Made by a program: the position numbers and the translations under genes. Under the pieces are notes generated by a model. The model was not told where the DNA came from, did no database searches, and saw only the letters and a list, made by a program, of their open reading frames with translations. From the human T2T-CHM13v2.0 reference genome, Homo sapiens, in the NCBI RefSeq assembly GCF_009914755.1, contig NC_060947.1: DNA of 64,000 nucleotides; one strand, given 5' to 3'. Each line of letters opens with the position of its first letter. Position 1 is the stretch's first letter. Of the stretch, positions 1 to 13,679 are shown piece by piece.

Positions 1-370
1 GAAAATGGCTCAGCAATATAAATGAGTTAAATACATACACAGGCAACAACATGAATGGATCTCAGTAACATTATATTGTGTAATTCCACTTTTGTGAAGT
101 TCAAGAACAGGCAAAATTAGTCCACAGTGATAGAAATCAGAATAGTGTTTGCCTATGAAGGGTAGGGATTGACTAGAAGGAATCATAAGGGAACCTTCTG
201 GGGGAGTGGGAATCTTGTAGTTCTTGATTTGGGTGGAGTTTACTTATATGTATATCATAATTCATCCAGTAGTACACTAAGAAGCCAAAATGTTAACCAT
301 GTTGGAATGGAATGATCTTGTTTTCTTATTTGAGATATCTGTGTTTTCCAAGTTTTTCCCAGTGAATCTG
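1..370 (+). mobile_element. Old L1 (L1ME-like) 3' end fragment
   Basis: Degenerate match to the old L1 3' UTR pattern (atgaatggatctcagtaacattatattg ... agaaatcagaatagtg ... aagggaaccttctgggg). Boundaries approximate. Confidence 0.6.
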
Positions 371-1288
371 CATTTCTTGGATAACTAGAATATATTTTTA
401 AGACATAAATTGTGTTTCGTTGTTTGAGCTGGCAAGCTAATATTCTTTAATATTTTGGCTATTTACAAATTTATGTCCATACAAGGTCACATTTTCTCTG
501 GATGTACTTAATGCTCTAACATTTGTATTAGCATATTGCCTACAGAGGATTTCAAAGTTCCAATGAATTATAGATTTCGTATGGCTGGAAAGTAACTTGA
601 ACAATAAGCTGACCCAAAAGATTGATGTCTGTAGCACTCAGGAGGGGTGGTTATTTATTTTCTTCTGGTATACATCTAGGGATAGAGCCAGGCTTTACCA
701 CTTCTTTAGCCAACTTCTTTCAATACTTTGTCATATTGATGGATGATTACTTAGAAGATCTCTTTGAGGCAGGTAAAAGCCAGGTAGAATACTATTATGT
801 TGAGGACAAATTGAGGTTATTGACTTCTAAAATATTCTTCAACTCGCTTGATCCTATTGCTAGATCAGTAATATTTTTATAGTTTAAATATTCTATTTTC
901 TAGAATGAAATTAAAGAGCTGTTTGCATGTGTGAAACGCTACTTTCTTTAATGTCAAATTCCTGTTATTATTTCTAAAAATTGTAAGCATGAAGCACTTC
1001 AGCTCCATAATGATGCTTTGCCTTTAGTTCAGTGTCCTTTACATATTAACTAGGGAGGAAATAACTTGTCAAGAAACTTGTATGAATTATCTCAAATTCT
1101 TATGAGGAACAGGTGTTCACAAATAGAGACTCACAACATTGCATCGTGTATCAGTCAACAATTAGGGCACCCTACCTTTTCCCTTTCCTTTATCCCTTTC
1201 TCTCATTCCTTTATCATTTACTTTCTGATCTCCAAGCCCTTTCTTTTCCTCTAATTTATTTTGCAAGCCCCCCATGCTCTAGCACCTG

Positions 1289-1668
1289 TGATATGGTTTG
1301 GCTGTTTTCCCACCCAAATCTCATCTTGAATTGTAATCCCCATAATCCCCATGTGTCAAGGAAGAGACCAGACCAGGTGGGCGTAATTGAATCACAGGGG
1401 TGGTTTCCCCACGTTGTTCTTGTGATAGTGAGTGAGTTCTCACGAGATCTGATGGTTTTATAAGGGGCTCTTCCCCCACTTTGCTTGCCACTTCTCCGCC
1501 TGTCGCCTCGTGAAGAAGGTGTCTTGCTTTCCCTTCATCTTCTGCCATGATTGTAAGATTCCTGAGGCCTCCCCTGCCATGCTAAACTGAGTCAACTAAA
1601 CTGCTTTCCTTTATAAATTACCCGGTTCCAGGCAGTTCTTTATAGCAGTATGGAAACGGACTAATACA
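1289..1668 (+). mobile_element. MaLR solo LTR, THE1-type (THE1C/D-like)
   Basis: Starts TGATATGGTTTGGCTG and ends GACTAATACA. 5-bp TSD ACCTG at 1284-1288 and 1669-1673. Confidence 0.9.
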
Positions 1669-1829
1669 ACCTGAGAGATAATTCCAAAGGAAATTTGGAG
1701 ATGTTCAGGAATGGTGACTGGATTCAGAACTCTTTATTATACCAGATCAGAAGAGAATTAATATATACATTGGAGGCCTTTAATGTTGACACAATAGGAG
1801 CAAATAACTTATTTTCCAAACCAAGACTA

Positions 1830-2112
1830 CTTTTTAAAATTGTATGTATTTATGGGGCACTATATATATATATATACATACATACATATATAGTGAAATG
1901 ATTAAATCAAGCTAATTATTGGATTCATCACCTCGTATCCTTATGACTTTTTTGTGTTGAGAACATTTATAATCTATTTTTAGCAATTTTAAATATACAG
2001 TACATTATTAATTATAGTCATTTTGCTGTACAGTAGATCTCCAGAACTTATTTCTCCCATCTGACTAAAACTGTATCCTTTGACCAACATCTAATTCCTC
2101 ATCCCCAGCCTC
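1830..2112 (-). mobile_element. L1MA-type 3' end fragment
   Basis: gtgaaatgattaaatcaagctaatt ... tacagtacattattaattatagtca ... tagatctccagaacttatt is typical of the L1MA 3' UTR read antisense. Confidence 0.7.
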
Positions 2113-2857
2113 TGAACCAGAACACCTGTGAGAGTGAAAATGATACTATTAGTAATGTAGCTGACACAATAGCCATAAACAGTACTATCCCAGGCAACCT
2201 AAACTAGAACAAGTTTATGTAAGCTACTTTTAGCCAACTGTTGAGGGATTGCATGTGTGTTTGCCTATGCACCAGAATGGGGTGAGGGAACAGCATCTAA
2301 AAAGAGGAAGATTCCAATTAAAGCAGGCTTTGTCTTTGTGGATTTCAGTAAAGAGCAAAAGTAGTCCACGTTTTTGTTGAGGTCTATAGCTGTCATGAAT
2401 ATTGTTACAAATACAGATTTAATTTTATTTTTTTGTGGTTTGTGATGCTCTGAATATTGGTGGGGATATGCTTTGATGGACAGCTCTTTTTTGGGGGAGT
2501 GGTATATCTTCTCTTTCTCATGTATCACTCAACAGTTAGGGCTCCCTCTCCTTTCCCTTTCCTTTATCCCTTTCTCTCCATCCTTTTCCTGCATGTAATT
2601 GTGTGTCTGTTTATGAGAGACAATCTGTTTGCCTATTCATGAGAAAACATCCTTTTGATTCATTTTTTGGCCTGCTCAGCACTTGCCGGCATTACTGTTT
2701 TGCTGTACACTAATAACAATTGATAGCTGTCGAACGACTCTGACATGATTCGGATTTTATGAGTATTTTTGTACATAAACTGCTCCTTGGTTATGCCTAT
2801 AATTGGTACAGTGGCTGCAGAATCATTTTTAGATTTAATTGGTTGTTCTTGACTTAC

Positions 2858-2955
2858 TTTTAAATAGTTTCTTGTGTGCAAAACAGCTACTGAATATAGT
2901 CTGATGAGAATACTGTTCATCAGTTTGAAAGCCCAGTCACATTCTTGAGTCTGCA
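2858..2955 (-). other. Candidate 98-nt internal exon, probably non-coding
   Basis: Minus strand reads cttcctccttctcag|TGCAGACTC ... TATTTAAAA|gtaagt. Splice signals only; no transcript evidence. Confidence 0.35.
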
Positions 2956-5379
2956 CTGAGAAGGAGGAAGTTTGTTAAGGAAAAATATGTAGCCTATAAA
3001 GTGGATTCTCAGTGTTCAGTTGTGCCCAGGAACAAATAAGGGCAATATAAGTACAATGACTTTTGGCTTAATCCAATCGCTTGTTAGTTTGATTCTATTT
3101 AATTTGATCAAAAACCCATGAAACCAAACCATTTGTAATAAGGGTGACACAGCTCCTCCTCTTTTATTTTGATAGATGTTAATTACTGCAGGCAGGAGCT
3201 ATGGAGTAATTCAATTACTGGCTGTAATAACTTTGTCATTTAATTAATAAGGCATGCCCCATATCTGAGTGAGAGGGAAGAGCGTGAAGGCTTTGGAGAC
3301 TGATTACAACAAAATAATGTAATTCAGATACATGCGATTGAAATTCTATGAATTATCACCAAGGGTAAATGCCTGCTATAGCCTATGGGGAATGCAAATG
3401 ATGGGCCATTCCCAATTGCTTGGTGAACAAACTATTCCTTAGTGAAACAAGGTAGGATGCATTTGGGACAATTATTAGGAGTAAGCTTGCCACCACTAAA
3501 AATGAAGATGTAGTGATAATAATAGTATAATACTAATGAAACAAACACATGTAGTGCTTATTATATACCTGGCAACTTTCTAACACTTTATAGACATTCA
3601 CTCTTTTAATCTTCACAGCATCCTTCTTCATCCTTCCTGCTATGGAAAGGTGTTGTCTCAGCTTAGATTCCCCTAGAAGACTGTTGAGACAAGAATTTGA
3701 ATGCAAGCAGTTTATCTGGGAGGCAAAGGAAAGTCTAGTAGAGTGGAATGGAAAGGCAGAGCCAACCTTTGGGTATGGGTGCCTGTGAATTCATAAACCA
3801 GTTCCTGAGATTGTTCCTAATTGAAATATGCAACTTACCTCTCTTCCTCCCAGTGGCATGGAAAGGTAGACATCATTATCCCCATTGCTCAGATGAGAGT
3901 GCCAAGCGGCACGCACAGTAACAGGATTTGAATCCAATTCAGATCTGACTTGAAAGCCAATGTACTTTTCTCTACTTCCTCAGATCACACATTCTAGTGT
4001 GTATATATTTCTGATTCTGTAAGTCTAAGCTGGGTCCAGGCATCTGCTTTTGGTGATTCTCATACTGGTTGTACAGTGGATGTCACTTTGAGTAACTCCT
4101 GTTTTGGCAGTGCATTAAATTTGATGTGGCCTCTGATTAAAATGGGCCATTATCCTTAAGTGGAAAAGAGCAAGAAACATTCCAGTGTATACAGTATGGA
4201 TATAAAAAGAAAATAAAAAGGATTCATATTTGCTTGGGCATGCAGAGAAAATCTTTGGAGGAAAAACAAGAAACATGAGAAAGACATTGGGTAGGTATGG
4301 GCATGCTGAGAGAAGACGTTTTGCTGTATGCCCTTTTGTAACTTTGAATTTTGAACCTTGGAAATTTAGCATGTATTCAAAAATTAAAAAGTATCTACAT
4401 AATACCTATACAGATGTAAATGGTTAAACATTTTTTTTTTGCCTTGGACTATCTGTCTACCGTACCCCATGACCCTTCTGTTTCAAGGTGCTACTGCCAA
4501 GAAGCCAGATTTGGGGCATATCATGTGGACATTGTGGACAAATATCCCATAGAAATTAATGGGAATTAGTTGGAGTCAAAATAATACTATCATATTAAAT
4601 TTCTTTACCTAATGGATTAAATTGGCCTTTTGATTGTCTTGCCCTTGAATCCTATTTCTATGGGATTATATGTTCTAAGTTTGCTAAAATATAGACTTAT
4701 TAAATGAACATAACTAAAACTTTTGTAAGTAGTCATCATTTAGGTAAAATATACCTATGACTCAATTTAAAAAGCATTTTGTTCAGCATTTTCACCTTCA
4801 TGTGGGAACAGCTGCTAACTTTTGGTGTTGAAAAGGGAAAAGTCAGGCTTTGACTTCAAAGGAGAAAAATGACATTGTCGATGATGACAGGAGTGAAGGG
4901 TGTTAAGACATAATTCCATAATTCAAGCAAACTCTTGCGAATCAAAGACATTCTTTGATGATCCAATTGCCTCCTTAAGAGAGGCCTTTCCCCACCTTCT
5001 GTTCTCTCTAGGATAGCTAGTATTATCCATCTGAATAAAACGTGGCTTTTTAAGAGAATGACAGAGTGCACTGTGCCTTTGCATTCAGTGTATTGTTTTT
5101 GATGGTGTTTCTTTCACTTACTCCATTAGAGCAAAATAAATGATTCTGCTCCTTGGTGTCACATATGGTCATGTCTAAGTGAGGACTTTATGCTTATCTT
5201 AATATTTTGGCTTAAAGGCAGCAAATGAAGTCTTCAGCTTCTTTAAATCCTAGCTAGGGAGCACTCTGACTGTCTGAATAACACTGAAAGAAGAACCTTA
5301 ATGACTGGCAATTCCTTATCTGAAGCGCCTTGCTAACCCAAGATGAGTCACACCACTCCCTCAATGCAAACATTCAGCT

Positions 5380-6680
5380 CTGTAAATTACGACTGCTCTC
5401 TTACGTTTGCGCTATTCATTCCAAGCGAATCATCGATTGCTGTGCTGCACACGGAGGAAGACACGGGCTGCCTCATGGGATGAAACGTTCAGCGCCATGC
5501 CTGGTACACGACAGCGCTGAATAAATGATACGATTATCTAAAAGCAGCGAAAGAAAAGTCTGTCTGAAGTCAGGTTCCCCGGCAGCAGACGCTGACAGGA
5601 GAATCTAAGAGCCCGTGAGTTTCTCAGGAAGTGAGGGCAGGAGAACAGGCCAGGGAAGTCCCTGCCTCAGCCTGATCCTTGGGGAGCTCTGGAGGATCAA
5701 TGAAGGCTCAGAGCCTCTAGGCCAGGGAGCTAGGCCTCCATATTCCTACGGTCACTGCTGGCTGCAGTTGGCTTTTGGAGGAAGTGAGCTCCCAGGCATT
5801 TCTGCTCCCTGGACGAGAGGATGAAGTGGCTACAGAAGTCGAGGGACAGTGCTGGGACCCGGCAATGGAAGCACGGGTCCTAGAAAGGGAATCTGAAAGG
5901 GGCAGGCCGTGTGACGACAGTATCTACTTCTAGGTCAAGGAAGGGCCGACTTCAGGGGCCTGCAGCCACCGCAGCAGCACAGGGCCCTGCCTTTCGAAGA
6001 ACCCCGCACTTGGGATTCAAGCCTCTGCAGTTGCCATCTTGAAGCCTGCAGCGTTATCTCTTGCAATGTGTTTTGTAAGCGAAGGTGGGGGGAGACGACG
6101 GAGCATGGGGGTGGGCAGGGGCAGCCCTACCTCCCAGTCCCTGGTGTCCGCGCCTACCTGCCCTGCCCATCGGCCACCCTCTGCTTGGGGCACTAGCACG
6201 TGGGCGTGCAGAGGGCTGGGTTGAGTGCAGGCCCCGCGATGTCTCGCGGGTGAGGCGTGGCTGCCGTCATCACGGACCTTGGCCCGTCAGGAGGGGTGGG
6301 ACGCCCACCCATCAGTAGCCCTGGGCCTGAGGGGGTCCTGGCCTCTGGCTTTTCATGCCTTGAGGGGGTTGCTCTTCAGCAGTGGGTGGCTATGACGGTC
6401 GACTGGGAAGGGGAGATGGATCCCCGCCAGAAGGACACTTGAGACACTGCCAACCTAGACGCCCCCCATCCCTACCCACGCCCTGGAGCCTGAGAGGGGC
6501 TGTAACTCACCTTATTCATTACCCTGTGCCTGAACCTGGCGTGAAATAGCAAATAAAAGTTACCACCACGGATTGAGAGAAACAGTGAAGAAGGGAAAAA
6601 AAAGTTTCATATTATAATAACGTTAAGTGCACTTTTTCCTGTCTCACCCCCGCCGCCCGCCCCCCCCCCCCCGCCCACAC
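5380..6680. promoter_or_regulatory. CpG-rich island-like region, likely a promoter
   Basis: Sharp rise in GC and CpG against the AT-rich background, and not Alu/L1-derived. YY1-like GCCATCTT at 6033-6040, E-box CACGTG near 6197, CGCG motifs at 6233-6250, GC boxes at 6647-6676. Confidence 0.75.
6511..6676 (-). promoter_or_regulatory. Candidate core promoter and first exon (exon about 6586 to 6511)
   Basis: Minus strand: GGGGCGGGCGG boxes, TATAATAT starting at 6616, Inr-like TTCACTG with its A at 6586 (30 nt downstream), then donor AAG|GTGAGT after 6511. Confidence 0.45.
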
Positions 6681-6730
6681 CAGCAAGGAGCCTCATTTTT
6701 ATTTTGCACTGAGCTCTGCAAATTGTATAG

Positions 6731-7083
<353 letters not shown>

Positions 7084-7319
7084 AAGATGAGATAATTTTA
7101 AATAGAGAGATTGCTATAGCAGGTCAGAGCATGAGGAAACATTTTAATGCTCACATCAGGAAAAGTAATAATGATAATAAAATTTTAAGAAGAATTACCA
7201 TTTTTAAGCTCTTCCCTGCCACTCACTGTACACATTGCCTTATTTATCTCTTTTAAGCTTAGCAAAGACCCTGCAAGCCATAGATGACAAAACTGACACT
7301 CAGAAAGTCGTGCCATTTG

Positions 7320-7659
7320 TGCCATAAAGAATGCAATCATGTCTTTTGCTGCAACATGGATGGAACTAGAGGCCATTATCTTAAGTAAAACAACTCGGAA
7401 ATAGAAAGTCAAATACTGCATCTTCTGTCTTATAAGTGGGAGCTAAATAATGTGTACACAGGACATAGAGTGTGGAATAATAGACATTGGAGACTGAACC
7501 GTGAGAAGAATGGGAGGGAGGTGAGAGATGAGAAATTACTTAATGGGTACAATGTATATTATTTGGGTGATGGTTACACTAAAAGCCTAGACTTCACCAT
7601 TAGGCAATATATCCTTGTAACAAAATTGCACTTGTACCCCTTATATTTATACAAAAAAA
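7320..7659 (+). mobile_element. 5'-truncated L1 (L1PB/L1MA-type) 3' end
   Basis: L1 ORF2 end and 3' UTR with short A tail. 19-bp TSD CAGAAAGT(C/T)GTG(C/A)CATTTG at 7301-7319 and 7660-7678. Confidence 0.85.
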
Positions 7660-7756
7660 CAGAAAGTTGTGACATTTGCTCAAATTCATAAACCTGGTAA
7701 GTAGAGACTGAAACCAGGCTCTGATTGACTACATGCTGAGTTCTTAACTTCTAAGC

Positions 7757-8253
7757 CAGCGCTGTCCAATAGAAATACGATGTGAACTACATCTGTAATT
7801 TTAAATTTTCTAGTAGCCACATTAAAAACTAAAGACAAACAGGTGAACTTAATTTTAATAATATATTTTACTTAACCCAATATATTTAAAATATTATTTC
7901 AAAATATAATCAATATAAACATTTTCAAGATCTCTTACATTTTTTTCATACCGAATCCTCAAAACTCAGTGTGTATTTTACACTCAATGCACATCTTGAT
8001 TTGGATGCTAAATTTTTATTGAACATACTTAGCTCATATTTAGATTTCATTAAAATTACAGTTGAAAAAGGAGATTCACATGTTTGAGGCACACTTATAA
8101 TTTTTCTGGTAACTGAATTGAGCATTTATTTTTATATTTAAATTTAAATTTAAATGGAATAAAATTAAAAATTCAGTTCCTCAGATGTACTAGGCATATT
8201 TTAAGTGCTCAACAGCCATGTGTGGCTAGTCACCACTGACCTGGGCAGCACAG
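7757..8253. mobile_element. hAT-Charlie non-autonomous DNA transposon (MER33/Charlie5-like)
   Basis: Termini CAGCGCTGTCCAATAG and CTGGGCAGCACAG. 8-bp TSD (T/C)TCTAAGC at 7749-7756 and 8254-8261. Confidence 0.8.
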
Positions 8254-8566
8254 CTCTAAGCTATAAAGAGGCAGTGAGAGGCAGTCATGGGAAGCTCTCC
8301 AGCAAAGGTCTTGAGACAAATTTGTGAAGAGTCAAGGGACATGAAGACAGGCAAGAGGGAGGGGTGGATAGTGCAGAAAGTGACATCCACATCTTCTCAG
8401 GTACAGAGCCAAAGCATGCTACAATAATTTCTTTCCGATAAATATTGTGTACCAACTATGTGTTAGGCATTGTGCTAAGTGTTGGAGATACAGGACCGGT
8501 CCTTGCCCTTGGTTTGTTTGTGGTGTATGTGTTGAGGGCAGGGGTGAAAGATGGATTGTAAACATG

Positions 8567-9084
8567 AGTATTAGATTCCTGTGTGTACACTAGCAAAATG
8601 CTACAAACCTAGCGGCTTAAAACAATGCAAATCCAATCTTGCATAATTTTAGAGACTACGAATCTTAAATCAAGTTGTTCGTGGGGCCATGCTTTCTCTA
8701 AAGGCTCTAGAAAAGAATCCTTCCTGGTCTCTTTCTAGCTTCTGGGCCCCAGGCCTTCCTGGGTTTGTGGTAGCATAACTCTGATCTCCATCTCTGCCTC
8801 TGTTTTCACGTGACCATATTACCTCTCTGTGTCTGTGACCATATTTCCCTGTTCTTCAAAGATCAAATAAGATTGGACACATTCAGGGTGGAATGACAAC
8901 ATATCAAGTTTTCCTCTTCTTAGAAGCATACTAGTCATATTGGATTGAGGAGCCATCCTACTCCAGTATAACCTCACCTAGTTACCTCTATAAAGACTCT
9001 ATTTCCAAATAGGATCACATTCACAGGAATCAGAGATTAAGACTTCAACATATCTTTCTAGGGGACACAATTCAACCCATAGCA
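8567..9084 (-). mobile_element. MLT1-type solo LTR (MLT1B/C-like)
   Basis: Ends ggggacacaattcaacccatagca and contains ctatttccaaataggatcacattc. TSD ACATG at 8562-8566 and 9085-9089. Confidence 0.85.
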
Positions 9085-9414
9085 ACATGTATACCTGTAA
9101 AAAAAATAGATGAATAATTTCAGAAAGTGCTTTGAAAATAAAGCAAGGCAATGGTATTAACAGTGACAGGTCTGAAGTAGGCTGGTGCTGAATCTCACAG
9201 GGGGAGTAATAAACTAAAGGAGTAAAGGAGAGACACACGAATTCTGTCTGCCAGTTGGGCCAGATGTGCCTGAAGGACTATGGGTTCACTTCTTCATTGA
9301 TCTTCCTTGTCCTGCACAGGAATTCCAGCCAGGGGAGTTGGCATCTCTGAGGAGTTAGGTGTTCCCTGTGGACTCTGGGAACCTACCACTATTACTGTGT
9401 TGTTCTTTCTCCAG

Positions 9415-9593
9415 CTCCTTGTTGACACCTGTGAATTAAGAATCATCACAAGCAAAGATGAACTTGTCAGCCAATATTTTATCTCCACTGAATGCACTAC
9501 AAGCTCAGAATAGCTCTGAGGGTGGCCGAGACAACTTGGCCCCAGACCCAGTTTTGCAAGACTTGGTCATGTGAGCATAGACCTGAATTGTAG
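9415..9593 (+). other. Candidate non-coding exon (alternative acceptor gives start 9320)
   Basis: ttgttctttctccag|CTCC ... TGTAG|gtaagt, with a second acceptor tcttccttgtcctgcacag| ending at 9319. Splice signals only. Confidence 0.4.
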
Positions 9594-10314
9594 GTAAGTG
9601 TCAATACCATGTAATCATAGTGTCGCCCCTCAGGCATTTTTCCTTTTTTCTCTTTTATTTGATCTTGATTTTATTCACATCTACACTCTCTACTTTGGTT
9701 CGAGTCCCAAGGAACCAAATCTGGAATCATAAAACACATCCATGGAAAGGAAAACGGGGTACAATATAGGCAAAATTAGGCTCTGACCTTTATTCTTGAA
9801 TAAATTCTGTTGTGAATTGCAATTAAAATCACTCTCCATAGAAACAAATGCACAAAGAGAATTGAAAAAAATTAGAATTTAAAAAAACTCACTCCTCCAA
9901 AAACGAAACCAAATTTCAAAACTCAAATTAACCATCCAACCAATCAAATACAAAGCAAAATTCAGAATAATCTTTTCTGCTGTCCTCATCTCTCAAGTTA
10001 GAGCCCTGATTTTTGCCACATACAAACATCAGTTTCAGGTGTGCTAAGACTTAACTACGAAAAGTAAAACAGTTCCTGAAAAACAGAAAAAAATATTTTC
10101 ATAATCTTGACTTGGAGCCCTCTGCCCTCCTTTAAAGCATGTCACTGAGGGTAGAAACATTAAATTAAAATACAGAGAGATTTTACTTCATTAAAAAAAC
10201 ACAATAAACCTAATAGGTGGCTAAAAATACCATAAGTTAAAAGAAAAATAGTAGCCCACAGAAGAAGCTGCAACTTATATGACAGAACAAAACCAGAGGA
10301 TTTAATATCTATAA

Positions 10315-10709
<395 letters not shown>

Positions 10710-11849
10710 AAAGAAGCAATTCTTAAAAGCAGTTCAATGTCAAATACATATGAGTGTATGCTCAAGTTTGTTAATGAAAGAAATGTGAACTTAAGTAACT
10801 TAACATAAACTTAAATAAGTTTGCATTTCTTTCATTATTAACAAACGTTGACTTATCAGTTATTAAAGACTAAAAAGATCAACAATACCCGGGATTGGTG
10901 ATGGTATGAGGAAAAGACACCCTCCCACACATTAGTGGTGGGAATCTAGAACCATATCAAATTTGGGGTGGACAATTCAGCGACATTCATCAGTGTGACT
11001 AATAGACATAACCTTTTACCCAAGCAATTTCACTTGTAGAAATTTATCCTGACAACATTATCAAGCAAATGGATAATGATATTGGAAGTCTTATCATAAC
11101 ACTGTAAGAGTGGAAAAAATGGAAACAACTTAAGCGCCCAACACTAGGGGATTGGATAACTGAATGGGGATATATCTGTTCAATAGCATATCATGCAGAT
11201 GAAATAAATATATAGACATGAAAACATGCTTCTGATATATTAAGTTTAAAAACTGGCTTTTGGCATATTGGCTATAGTGAGATACTTATTTTCTTAAAAA
11301 AAAAAAAAAAAGAACCTGAAGATACTTAGTCAATGGTGATTCCTTCTGGGGAGTGGAATTAAGGAAGATGCTGTCTTTTCTTTCAAGGCAATGGAAGGCA
11401 GTGTTTAAGAGACAAACTTCTGGAGTCAGACTGTGGAGTTTCAAATTTTGTCTCTGCTGTTTACTAGCTTCCTATCTTTAGATCTTTTTCATAATTGTTT
11501 TTCTGCTCTATTTTCTCATATTCCAAATTGGGCATAGACACAGTGTCTAGATCCCAGGGCCTTTATGAGGATTCATGTGTATATGTATTGTTATATTTCA
11601 GCACACTGTTACCAAATAGCCAGGACTTAATACATTTTAGTTATCATTATGACATTTTTCTATATGCCTTTAATTTTTACAACAAACATGAATTACCTTA
11701 ATAGTAAAAAAAATGCATGTACAAAGTGGCCACAAAACCTAAAAATACAGGCAAATATACATACATAATGGATTGTCGATATTATATCACAATATAATAA
11801 CATTTATGATTCCTGACTTTATGACTACCTGTATATTTATTTTCTAGTT

Positions 11850-12530
11850 ATTCAACAACTGAGGTGAAATTTACATAACATAAAATTAACCATTTTAAAG
11901 TGAACATTTCAGTGGCACTTAATACATTCACAAGGTTGTACAACCGTTACCTGTATCTAATTCCAAAATAGTTTCATCACTCCAGAACAAAAGTCTGTAC
12001 CTGTTAAGTAGTTGCTCACTATTCCCTTCTTCCCGCTGCTCTTGGTAGCCACTTGTTGATGGACATTTGGGCTTTTTCTAGCTTTGGGCTATTGTGAATG
12101 GAGCTTCTATGAACATGCATGTACATGTGCTTGTTTGACTGCCTTTTTTCAGTTCTCTTGGGTATATGCCTAGGAATTGCTGGGTCACACGATAACTCTG
12201 TTTAACTTTTTGAGGAACCAACAAACTGTTTTCCACAGTTTACATTTTACATTTCCACCAGCAATGTTTACATGTTCCAATTTCTCCATATCTTCTCCAA
12301 CACTTATTCTTTTCCATATTTTGTGAATGTGAAGTGAAGTGGGATCTTGTGGTTTGGGTTTGCATTTCCCTAATGACTATGATGTTGAACTTCTTTTCAT
12401 GTGCTTTTTGGTCACTTGTATATATTCTTCAAAGAAATGTCTGTTCAAGTCCTTTGCCCATTTTTCAGTTGGGTCGTTTGCCTTTTTATTGTTGAGTTGA
12501 AAGAGTTCTTTATGTATTCTAGGTATATAT
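11850..12530 (-). mobile_element. L1MB-type 3' fragment
   Basis: gtgaaatttacataacataaaattaaccattttaaagtg 3' end. The minus ORF 12377-12571 resembles L1 ORF2 ([10 protein letters not shown] ... KHMKRSSTS). Confidence 0.8.
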
Positions 12531-13679
12531 TTACTTTTGAAAACAAAGAGTCTTATTCTTTGAAGATTCAACTCAGGTCCTCCAAAAAGCCTGATGTTTC
12601 CAGGTAGAATTTTATTTCTTCACAATCAGAGAACATGCAACAAAGACTGTGTTTGTGGCTTGCAAAGTGTAAAATATTTACCGTCTAGTTCTTTACAGAA
12701 AATATTTGCTGAACTATAAACTCCTTGAGGAGAGGGATAAGTTGTCTGAGGGCAGAGCCTTAAATGTTCAAAATGATGGCCCTTAGGTACTGAAAAATCT
12801 AGTGTTTTGCGTTTAATGCAAAGTGAAATAATATATTTTGGAAAAAATTCTTTTCAAGGTGATTATGACTAAAAAGTTCTGAACTTTCAAATTTATTTGG
12901 AAACTATATGAAACAGCTCATTTTCTCATAAAGTAGACTAAGCAAGACATTCTTATAATTTTGTTCACCAAATGTTGTACACGACCTCTTAGGAAAGGAT
13001 TTGAAAAAAATAATTTACATGCTGAGAAACTGAAGTCTGAAATGCAGTATAAGACTGAGAACATCGTTATCATTTGGTCTGTTGCTATTCTCATTTGCTG
13101 CTGTGGAAACAAGATTACTGGTAAAAAGTGTCTCTCAATTTATGGCTCAGGGACTGAGCTTCTTGGGCCAGAGGCAGCAATTACCTTGCTGATATCAAAG
13201 GCCTATACATGTCTTGGCTCTTACACTGGAGAGGTTTCAGAGTGGCAGAAGAAATGTGCTTAAAAATAATGCATCTATTTTAGAGATCCAGAAACGTGGA
13301 CGTTTCCACATTGCTATTCTCACCTTAGTCTAGGCTTCTGTTATGCATCAGAAATAGCACAACAAAAGGGGCACCTTGCCCTTTTCTCAGCTCTTTTACT
13401 TTTATTTCTCTGGGCCACAGCTTGAGCATTTCTCAGGCGTTGACAATCTGTTTTAATTTATGAGCTGATTGCAGCATAGTGGAGGGAAATTAAAAGTTGT
13501 GACTGCATTACCCTTTGGTTTTCTGTGTGAGTGACTGAGGTCTGGATTTGATTTTAATTAAAAGCAGACAGGAACTACTGAGGTGAAAGTAAAAGAGAAA
13601 TAAGAATCTGTCTTTATAATCAGTGAAGCATATTTGTGAGGGCCTGCACTAGTGGGAAGTAGGGAAGGAGATGTTGCAT

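Noticed and set aside
4925-5030. Minus-strand exon ttttattcag|ATGGATAATACT... as coding continuation of ATG AAT AAG
   Set aside because: The frame stops after 35 codons, the only nearby donor is weak (AAG|gtgggg), and the peptide resembles nothing I recognise.
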